DNA of 64,000 nucleotides from Chrysomallon squamiferum (taxonomy: Eukaryota; Animalia; Mollusca): contig CM022670.1 of NCBI GenBank assembly GCA_012295275.1, positions 10,292,001 to 10,356,000 on the forward strand, given 5' to 3'. Below the pieces are notes generated by a model. It was not told the origin of the DNA. It worked only from the letters and a program-made list of their open reading frames with translations, and did not search any database. Position numbers and translations under genes: made by a program. This document shows positions 41,878 through 64,000 of this stretch, piece after piece (within the stretch, counting starts at the first letter, position 1; each line of letters begins with the position of its first letter).

Positions 41878-44089
41878 CAACAACAACAACAACCACAGTA
41901 ACAATAATAAATAACAAATAAAAATAACTTCTCCTTTGTGGTTATTGCAAGGACAAAATACGTCAACAATTTTTTATTTATTTAATTTTTTTTTTTTTTT
42001 TTTTTAAATACTTCGTTCAGTTTTTCTTATATTCATCACAAAGCTACTCGGAGAACCTGAAATTCCAGCCCATCCCTTTCCCCTCCGAAAATATCCTAAT
42101 ACGAAATAACCAAAAATTTTAAATCTTTTTAAAAAACCTGTTATTCCAAAGGACTGTTGTTCCGAAAGACAGAATCATTAATCCTTGCGGAGAAGAAAAC
42201 TTCAGACTACTTCACTAGTAGCAATGAAATAAGACGACGATTTGTCACGCGGTGAATGGGAAACTGAAATTCACAGACTGCGACAAACTGAAACGAAAAG
42301 CTTAGACCGTACACTTCTTTTGTGAGCTGCCTAAACCAGCGTGGATTGTGTCACAGCGTATCTATTGAATTACAGAGTCGTTGTCGTTGTCGCTGAAGTA
42401 GTTTTTTTTTTTATCATTAGTGGTTAACTAAGTTGTTATTTTATTCTTCAAATGCTTCAAAAAAAAAAAATGTCACGATAGTTCTTCACTGATGTAGGAT
42501 ATAGAAATAGATATATAGATAAGTAGGTAATAGATAGATATTTTTATAGATAGATGGATACTGAGATAGATAGATAGATACAGAGATAGATAGGTATATA
42601 AATGATAGATGGATAAATAGAGCAAAAGATAAAACGGAACTGAACAAAGCTTTTCATTTACTATTCGTTGGCAATAGTTGGAACGGGAAACAACCCAAAG
42701 ACCACTGTCAGGTATCATACTTATCGAATGAGCATCAGGCAAATATTTTATCTATGGGCAAAGTATTACCCTTAAAAATACTGCAGCAAATTACAAAGAA
42801 ACATTACATATATATATAGATATATATATTATAATAACTTTGTCCTCTGGTCCTAATAACTAGATATAAAGAGTTTGTAGATTTTTTAATTTCTTTTTTT
42901 TTTTTTTTTTTTTTATAATAATTATTTATCATTAAAAAAAAAAAAAAAAAAAAAAATTAAATTAAATTAAAATAAAATATAAAATTTTTGAACAGTCATA
43001 AGTGAAATAAACGGCTGGATTTGTTTTCACATGCCACCCGAATACTTTACGCTCAAACGATTCAAGCCTGCAAATGCGATTATCAAAACTGCGGCTAGAA
43101 AACCCAAACAAGCCTCGTGAATTCTTTGACTGTCAGTGACATGGAAGTTACTGAGTACGCACAGATTTGTATCTGCCTTCTCTTCAGATAAAAAGGACTT
43201 TCAGCCTCAGATCTAAGACTGCTTAGATACGTATGATTGTTTTTGTTATTGTGTCAAGTGACCGTGTCCCAAACAACAGATTTAAAGACTTAGTCGCGAC
43301 GACAATCATCAAAGTACAAAAGACAATGCAGAGTTATTTTTTTTTATATGTATTTATTTTCGTGTACGTTCATTGATTTATCTCTAACAAAGGTTTTAAC
43401 ATGCTAAGCTAACCAGTGAGATGATTTTATTTCATGACGATTGAGAGTTTAGTGTTTCGTAGGTGAATAAAAAAAGAATCAGTTGCGTGTGGTCTCTCGC
43501 TTGAATTTGTTCTGTCCATTCACTACAGACGGCGCACCTCTGAATATTTTACTATTGTTGATTGCTGCTGTTTTTTTTTTTTTTTTTCATGGTTTTTAGA
43601 AATAAATTGCATTGTAAGGATTTTAATGCTTGTAGGTTAAATGAATACATAACAATGTATTTGAGACTGGGACGTAATAGAAATAATTATGTTATACAGA
43701 AAGAATGAAACGAACAAAAGCTACAACAAATTGTTGCTTATGACTTACATATATAGGGACAGACATACATAAAAAAATATTACATACATACACACTCATA
43801 CTATGTCAGATTTATATATATTGTTGTAAATGTGGCAGTTGTGTAATTGTAAAGGTTCATGGCTGTCGTGCTTTAATCTTAATATACATTATTTCAACTC
43901 GAACTTGTCTTCTAAGGAGAGCTGATTTTAATACAGTACTTCAGGAAAACAAGTGATTTTGTTTTTTTTACTCGTGGCAAGGAAAGTGATTTTTTACGTT
44001 AGGCAGATCTTTTTAGATTTATTTTTAAAACAAAGATAAGAATGTATTTTGTTTAAAAAGATAACGTGGCCCATTGATTTGTTTTACAT

Positions 44090-44275
44090 AATGACGGGTG
44101 GTCTTCATAAAATCATCATAGAAAACGTTGCAGTATATATTTCGCCGCTAACGACTTACAACACAAACCAAAATCTTTCACATTCTTGTCATAAACTAAA
44201 CTGAACGGTAAATAGCCGTTAACGGGGGTCGATCCTACATTAATCCAACCTTTTATCACTAAACCTGCGTCTCAT
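44090..44275 (-). mobile_element. Possible decayed tRNA-derived SINE
   Basis: The minus strand reads gagacgcaggtttagtgataaa...taggatcgacccccg, an A-box/B-box-like head. It is heavily decayed. Confidence 0.3.
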
Positions 44276-45639
44276 CTTTTTCGAGATACGAGTATTTCTT
44301 TCACAACTTAAGGTCAATGTCCTATTTTAAAATTCCACTGCTGCATGGGGTCGTTACACTTTATAGAATATTTATGAGGCTTTCTGTTGCTGTGATTGGC
44401 TGCGTCGGATCATTCAGCTTTCATTCACCACTCGATAAATGGAAAATTTTCTCTTTCGCCCATCACTGTAACGGAAATAACAGTCGGCCTGTGTGGATTA
44501 TAGCTTTCAGTTTAGTCGATCCAGTGACAAGGCTACGCAATAATAAATCTGTTTGTGCAGTAAATATTATTATATCTCTTTATTAAACATCGTTCAGAGC
44601 TGTATTTTCTAAAGGGAAAGCAGAACCTTTCCACCCCATATACATACGAAAGAGGCTAATAAAAATAACGAAAGCAAACACCGCAACAAGAAAAAGAAAA
44701 AAGAAGAAGGAAGAAATAGTAACAACAACAACAACAGCAGCAAAAAGACAGTAAAACCTGAACAAACAACAAACAAATAAACAAACGGAAGAGTCAAACA
44801 GGATTGTCCTTTTTTTTTTAATACATCCATACTTCTCGTATTTTTGTGTTTTAACGTGAAATCTGAAAACCCTATTTGGTACACAACCACTAAACGCGCT
44901 CAGCATTGAAACTATCAGTCAGCATGATGCAAGAAGCATCACTCCAGAGAGTTTCCTCTTCTATTTAAACCATTAACCCGCCATTCCATAAACAAACACT
45001 GTTTGTCTGAACCTGATTTGAACACGTAAACACAACAGCAAACACAACAGTAAACACATTCACATTAGATATGTGAAAACAGTAACGATAGTATCTGCTT
45101 ATCTTCGCAGGGCAATAAACGCAGGTGTTTATTTCAGAACGGAGCATCACCGCCCGTGACGCATAATCAGATTACTCGCTGACAGCTCAAGATAATCTTT
45201 ATAACGGTTTACAAAGAGACGGAGAAAGCTTTTACCTTTGTTGCGATGAAATCAACCGTAAGATTTCATTTTTATCTTAGGCGCCAATAAAAAAAACAAA
45301 AACAAAGAGACAAAAATGTCAACGGATGATGTGCAATGCATGTGAGACGGTCAAAAATATGAACGAACAATATATCAAGGATATTATGTCAGCGTATAAT
45401 GTGATATTGGACAAAATGTTCGCCATCGAAGTCATATCATTGTTAAAACGAACCAGTATATTATATTATAAAAGAGTTTGTTTCACATCCAGTTAATCAA
45501 CCCTACCGTCTACAATATATTATAAATATGGTCGTATACAATGTATTTTATTTATTAATGTGTTCTTGTGTGTTGTTTTTTAAAAAAACCTTATTACTAT
45601 TATTACTGTTATTTATTTATATATTTTTTATTTCTTACT

Positions 45640-45671
<32 letters not shown>

Positions 45672-45936
45672 TATCATTCTTATTCTGTTTTACGATACCC
45701 GAAAAGACGAAAATTAACTAAAACTAAATAAAATAACAAATGAATGATTTCACAATTGTAATTTCTTTCCACATTATTGAAATACACTCGTAAATATTTT
45801 CACCGCTGCAACCTGCGACCTTTCAGATACAATTTTCTCTCCATTAACCGGACTCTTCAGTGTCGTGACCAGAACGAAGTAAACTGAACTAAAGCACAAA
45901 TCAGCTCACTGTTTTTTCTTTCAGAACTGAAACACG

Positions 45937-56449
<10,513 letters not shown>

Positions 56450-59400
56450 CCCACTGGGCATTTTCACGAAAGAAGCAATGGTTATGACGTTTTGAAACGT
56501 ATTATTTGCATACAACTTTTCCTTTTTTTTCTTTTTTACACACAAAGGAAATTTACTGGAAAAAAAAAAAAAAAAGACATTTTTTATGTAGTGAATGCGT
56601 AGATTTTTAGTTCTCTTTTCTAGGACTTTTTCTTTTTTTTAGTTAAGTGACTGATTGTTTGTGCTAGTTTCTTTCCTTTTTCTTTCCTTTTCTTTGTTTT
56701 CTATTTTGTTTCAATTATTATCAACACTCAGTTATTCTGCTTAATCAACTTTCTTTATGCAAAAAAAAAAAAAAAAAAAATTTCATGCCTTGTTTTCTTT
56801 CTTCAGGTTGTCCGATAATTATGTTCCAAATAATTTTCTTCTTTCTTGATTGTTCTTCCTTTTCCCTCCTACCATTTATTTTGTGTTTATTTTCACACTC
56901 TCCCATTTGTTTCACAACTTCACAAAAACACAAATGAACCGTCAATTCACCACTATTTTCCCAGTAATGGAATAATGGAATGAACAGTTATCGAGAATAG
57001 AAACAGAAATAGAGAGAGAGAGGGAGACAAAAGTTTGGAAACGTGTTTATGCTGATGTTCTAGAATTTCTGTTGTTGTCGGACACCCTCTCCAGGAATCA
57101 GGTTTGTCTGCCTGAAACAGCGTTAGAGTGTTAGCACGTTAGAGAGAAAAGTGGATGTCGTCATCGCACGCTTCCAAAATTAGCAGTGGGAAGGGTCTTT
57201 ATTTCGTACCTTCCAGCCGTATAAAAAAATTAGTGTCATAAAAAATACCGTTATAGATTCAGATACTCAAAGGTATTAATTAGAACTATTTTCTGTTTAG
57301 ATATAACTAGTCTGCATAGATCTATTAAGACCACTGTAGTCAACAAAAGCAATCTTTAAATCGACTTTGGGAAAACACGTGTGTGTGAGTGTGTGTAACA
57401 AATGGGAGAACTCTTTGTTCTTAGAATTGTTTTTGACATTTGTAGAATCTCAGTTTTTTGTTCTTATTATTTGCACAAAACGTAGCAGCACCTTTTTTTC
57501 TTTTCTGTTTGTATACACTTATTTTGCATGTTAAACCAGTTAGATAAATAGTTTTAACCATAACAATTATAATAATAATAATAATATTAATAATAACAAT
57601 AATAATCATGAAAACGATTTATTTCTTAATTCTGAGAAAGGTGTGGAGGAAACAAAACGCCATGTTCTGTACTTCCGTTTGGCTGTATACGTATACGCAC
57701 ATACATATTTACCTCATGTCGGCCATGTTGAAACTTACACATAGGTCCCAGCATGCACAGTAGTCTCTGTAGCCAATAGAATTATTCTCTCCCAAAACCC
57801 TTTCACTGTAGTCGTTTGGAAAATCTAAGAACTGTCGTATCTGTGTTTGAACTAACATTTACTGTTTTGGACTGCTTGCTGAAATTAAAGTAATAATGTT
57901 GATGATGATGATAATGATGATAGTAATAATAATAATGATGATGATAATAACAGTAACATCACTATGTTTAAAAGCAGCAAATAAAAGATATATAAATAAA
58001 TATATATAAATAAATAAATAAAGGAAAAAAATATATATAAATAAAGGAAAAAAAAAAAACCAACAATAATATTATCTTAAAGGAACAGAATCCAAGAAAT
58101 GTGATAATTTTTTACTCTTGCAATGAAGTCCATTTATGATAGTTTTTTACACTGAATTTCTGAAATCCAGGTTCCTCTTCTAAACATTTACGTAACTTAA
58201 TCAGAACAAAAAGTATGTCCATAACACTTATATATATATATTTTTTATTAACTTTCAAAATTAATATTATAACTCTGAACTAACTATACTTTTACAAGTT
58301 TCTAATCTTATATTTGTAGCTTTTAAAAATTGCATTTAGTCACAACCTACCCATGCACAGGAGAAGCATGACATCGTTGAATGCACGACACTCCGATGAT
58401 GTTTTATAGATAATATTATACATCTCACGTTATTAAATAGAACTGTACAATGGAGAGAGTTGAAATGGCTATGTTTGGGTAAACGATTGATGTAAGTGAG
58501 GCAGCTTTATGAAATAAATAGTCTTTTAATCACGCACAGACAAATGTGTATCTATCTTGTTTGTTGTTATTTAATGGATTTTCCTTTTGGATCTTGATAA
58601 ATCATTTTATTCATCCATACAGTTGTACCATCCACCCATCCATCAATCCTTCAGTCCATCCATATACATACATCAAGATTTCCAAACGTCCATCTATCCA
58701 TACATACATAAATACAAACATTTATATCCATGTAACTTTATATACTTGTCATTCATCCACGAATCCACCAATTTTCGTTTTTCAATACATTCACATATAC
58801 AGATAGACACAGTTATAATGATGTGCAAGTTATTGCTTTTAAACCAGTGAATCACAGAATAAACGAAGAAAACAACTAAAACACAAATAAAAGACCACCA
58901 GTAAACAAACAAACAAACAAGAAACAACAACAGCAACAAGCAGAAATAACTAAAAAAAAAAAAAAAAAAACAACCTTCGGTTCGGTAAGTTTTATCAACT
59001 CGATAACTATAACAACAGGACAAAAAGAAAACACAACAGTTTACTGAAAGAAAAAAAAAAAAAAAAAAAAAAACGGGGGAATACTTGAATTAAAAGAACA
59101 ATTTCAAAAAGAAGCTCGACAAAAATGTCCTTTCGTTCGAATATGATGCAATCTTTTTTTTTTTCCCTCTCAGGCAAAAAGTCGCGAAAGGATCTGGTTT
59201 GTGTGTCAAGCAGTACTTACTCGCAGATTTAAAAAAAAAAAAAAAGAAAAAGAAAAGAAAGAAAGAAAGAAGATAATTTAAATAATGTTCTTTATCTGCT
59301 TGACCTATGGCGATGACACTAACGACACAACGGAGTCGATTTCCCAAGTGATTCACGCGATAGAGAGTCTGCCAGCACCTTAGGCATGATTCACCTGGCT

Positions 59401-60037
59401 ACACAGTTAAACTGGAAAAGTGTCGTAATTCTTTGGGGCTTTTTTTTTTTTTAATTTTTAAAAAATTTTTTGGTGCGCTGAGGGAAACGGTAGATATAAA
59501 TACAACAATATTAAAGCGTTTCAGATCGAACTAACATTTGTTTGTTTGTAAATGGGAGGGGGGAAGGCAAATATTCGTTTATTTTAGCTTATTTTTGTTG
59601 TTCTTATACAAAAACAAATGCATGTATATGAATGATGAATTAAGAACATTTTAGCATTAAATATATATATATAAAATTGATAAAAATCATATATACCTAA
59701 ATACAACAAACACACATATATATGTACGTGTATAATGCACATATATATATATATATATGTATTGTACACGTATATATATATATATATACATACATACGTA
59801 CATAATATTTATGTATAAATATATACATATGGATTGTACATATACATACGTACATAATTAGTTGATGTAATAACCGCCCAGTACATTGATAACTGAGATA
59901 GCTGAGATAGATTTGTAAAATTATAGGACCAATAATGAAGGTTGGGGGAAAGAGCAAATAAAATAAATAAAAAGCTTTTAAAACCGAGTGAAAGGTACAG
60001 ATTATACCAACCTGGTGTTTTCGAAAATGTATATATA

Positions 60038-60073
<36 letters not shown>

Positions 60074-60198
60074 TGTATGTATGTATGTATGTATGTGTAT
60101 GTGTATGTGTGTGTGTGTGTGTGTGTGTATATGTATGTATTAGTGTGTATGTGCGATAAAAATATAGAACAAAATAAAACCTAATATGTTTTTGTCTG

Positions 60199-60237
<39 letters not shown>

Positions 60238-61418
60238 ACACACACATTACACACATCAGTTTAAGGATATGTTTCAAATTTATTTTTTTATGTTTCTATT
60301 GCATAATATAAAATACTCTGTCAATGTTTTAATTCCTAATCAAGGTCTTCTGAATTTTTACCACCGTTTCTCTTCATATTTAGAACGAATCTGAGAAATC
60401 TGATTTGGATCAGAACTAATAATTTTTTCTTTAGGGATGTCAAAGAACGCTTTTAGAGTATGGTCGTGAAGAAATGTTTATTTGAGAACTTCACGACACT
60501 TTTTGTATGAATGATTAAAGGTGTCAAACATATGTGACAATTTTACAAATTTTTGTTGTTGGTATTATGATGATATAAGAAATAAAACTGGCTATCGAAA
60601 CTATTTTGTTTATTCTTGTCTATAATAATAATAATAATAATAATAATTACAAATAACAAACAGGAATATACATATATAGATATAGATATAGATATACACA
60701 TACAGGGCTTTTGCTAAACTAGTGTTTGAGGTACCGGGTGCAACTGGAATTAGAAATTTGTGCACATCAAAGGAGATAGAACAGTGGTGATCGTACATAT
60801 AAATAAAATTAAAAGATTACTTTGTAAATCAAAGCTCGCTACTATGTTGTGATGTTTTTGATGGACTACAAAATTCATCGTGTGGCTCTTTCTGGAAATT
60901 TCTTTGAGTTCAGAGCGCGATGTAACAGTAAAGTGTGTTATTATAATTATTATCAACTGATATTTCTTATTTTTTAAATTTTATTATTATTATTATTATC
61001 GTTGTTAATCTTTTCTGTAACCCATTTACTTTCCACACAGGAAAAGCCTCAAACACAGTTTTGAATGCACTAATTGTGTAACGGAAAATAACGGGAAGTT
61101 CACTCAGTGTGAATGATCGTCAAGTTATTCAGTGCATCTGCCTCTTTTCAGTATAGCGAGACCTTTTTTTTTTTTTTTTTTTTTAAAACTTCTCATTAGC
61201 GTATTCGAACCACGGTACCTCGAGATGTCAGTCTTGTGGAAGGCGGTGTTGCTCGTGTAAGTAAGTGTTTGGTTTTGGGATGATGAAATAATGAGTCATG
61301 TCTACGTCACAATTATAATTCACTGCACAAAGGATACCCGCAGCCCGCTCATTGGATCTTCCGACATCCTTGAGCAGAGCGAGGTTTCTGGGACACCCTT
61401 GAAAATTTAATAGGACAA

Positions 61419-61449
<31 letters not shown>

Positions 61450-61826
61450 GTTGGTTAAGTCTGTCGGGAATTTTTTTGCACGTCAAGGTATATTGTGAAA
61501 TAACGTTTTATTTTATTTTTTTAAATTTATTTATTTATTTATTTATTTTTTTTTTATTTAAAATAGAAGAATGGGGGTCGATCGCAAGATGTGTTTTCGT
61601 GGGCGCCTCGGAAAGTGTCGAGTCATTCTGGCTTAGAGTTCGAAATGCTTCGATGAATCCGAAAGAAGAAAACGCTTTCGTGTGTTCTAGTGAGTGACTT
61701 CGTTCAATACAACCGCTATTAGTTTACAGTCGGAACATTTTTAAAAGTCTACTTTTAATGGGGGTGTTCACTTATTATGTAAAGTACGTGGATATTGAAA
61801 CGTGTCAAACAGAAGAAAAAAAAGAC

Positions 61827-62223
<397 letters not shown>

Positions 62224-63149
62224 CTTGCATCACATGTAATTTATCGATGAAATTTCACGCTAGATTATTCAGTATTAATAATTTTAAGTGACTGATTTTA
62301 AAACTGGTATGATCCTATCTCTGATACTGGTAGGATCTTATATACTGAGAAAAACCTTCATAGAATGATTTGACCGTTCTGTTATTTCATATTCATTATA
62401 AGCATTAACATGCTTTATTATTATTATTTTTTTTTATAAAACCTCTTCAGATTAGCAACAATAACTTGTAAATAAAGTCAGTAACTCATTAACTCATTAA
62501 CTAATTAACTAACCATCTAACTAAATTATTAAGAACAATACTAGATCAAATTATGTAGGATCACAAGAGTTGTCTTTCTTCGCTTGTCACATTCTTTCTC
62601 TCTCTGTCTTTCTCGTGTTTGGACGTCATATTTTACTGGAAAAAGTGTTTGTGTTATTTGTATTTTAAATATTTCATGTACAAATTATAGTAGACAATAT
62701 AAATGCATATTGCCAAACAATTATGCCAAACTACAAGTGCACGCACTGTTTTTTTTTTTTTTTTTTTTTTTTAGGCGATTCCCGTAATGATAATCTCTGC
62801 AAATGACTTCTAAAGACTGAGCACGTATTAATAACTATATCTAAAATAATTTATAAAGGATAGCTTAGTTTTTTATTGTTATGTATTCGGTATAGTATCG
62901 ACATAAAATTGGTTACTGAACGGGTCAAAAAGGTTCTTCGATCCTGAAGATTATCAAAACATCATTTTGCCTATGTCATACACTATTATTATATTTTATA
63001 GATTTTTGTATGACAGCTGAAGAAAAATGTATAGTTAAGTCTGCATTTTCGTTTAGCGATGATAAAATTATGTTGCTTGGCATAAGAGGTTTCAGTCTGA
63101 TTGGTAATTTTGTTTTAGAATGGTTTAAGATTGTAAAGTTATTTCTCTC

Positions 63150-63242
<93 letters not shown>

Positions 63243-63649
63243 AGTTTGCTCCGAATTTGTAATTCTATACTTCATAATTAGAAGATTACTCATTACTTAT
63301 AATTTACACTAATTTTAAAATTTATCGAATAAAAAACATAAATCAGAATTATTTCACTAACAAATTAATAGTTCGTCATTAACATATTAAAATATTGAAT
63401 TCTTTAACTAATTAATTAAGTTATTCATTCATCATTCGTTACGGGTGAATGACTTTAATTAATCAACTCTCTGTCGTTGTTGTATTTTTGTAGAAAGAGA
63501 AAAGAATCTTCACGGCAAACATTTTATTATATTTAACAAACTGCACAAAGAGAATTCGTTACTGAGAGAAATCATTTGATTAAGTCAAACAGGAGAATTA
63601 AGACAATCCTATCAGTTCACACAGTGATGCTTTCACAGGTAGACTTAGA

Positions 63650-63910
63650 GGATTTTATAAAGAGGATATCAAAACATATAATTATTCAAAGATATGAGGT
63701 ATTTTTAACTCATAGACCCCAAGTTATGAATTTAAAGATAGAATTATTATGTTATAAGATTTTATAAAGAGGATATAGAGGACATAGATATGTGGTATTT
63801 TTAACTGATATTTTTAACCAAGTTATTCATTTATAGGTAGAATTATATTACATGATTTTATAAAAAGATATTCAATTATACAAAGATATGTGGGGTTTTT
63901 TAACTGATAA
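63650..63910. repeat. About 2.5 degenerate copies of an ~100-bp tandem unit
   Basis: gattttataaa(g/a)aggatat...agatatg(a/t)ggtatttttaact recurs at ~63651, 63758 and 63854. Confidence 0.7.
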
Positions 63911-64000
63911 ATACCACGATCGAATCTCAGAAATAACTTTAATGCGTACTTAGAAATTCGCTGAGCTAAATCTGTTCAAATAATTTTAGCAAACCATTGA

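Overview
AT-rich, microsatellite-dense animal genomic DNA with GT-AG spliceosomal introns. It is probably molluscan, an inference from the repeat style and protein architectures. Most entries in the ORF track are spurious readings of simple repeats. Bases 1-32 kb hold a tandem cluster built from an ~11-12 kb segmental duplication (1-11.8 kb vs 14.56-25.6 kb) plus an older third unit (~26.3-32.2 kb). The cluster encodes a three-exon secreted family with a signal peptide, a PAN/Apple-like Cys domain and a follistatin-N/EGF-like module. Short 'A' genes (A1 intact, A2 a pseudogene) end in a 25-aa tail. Long 'B' genes (B1 and B2 intact, B3 frameshifted) end in an intronless ~260-aa NHL/TolB-like beta-propeller. 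The PAN core is almost invariant across A and B, while the propeller differs mostly at replacement sites. Flanking homology suggests the propeller exon was inserted into, or deleted from, intron 2. The cluster also carries four non-autonomous Tigger/pogo elements in two inverted pairs, LINE RT remnants and a MITE with an empty site in the paralogues. A palindromic 33-bp minisatellite (33.0-34.6 kb) sits between ~100-bp inverted repeats. An intact 8-coding-exon thiopurine S-methyltransferase gene lies at 45937-56449 (+). No CRISPR, tRNA or rRNA was seen. All alignments and domain calls were made by eye.
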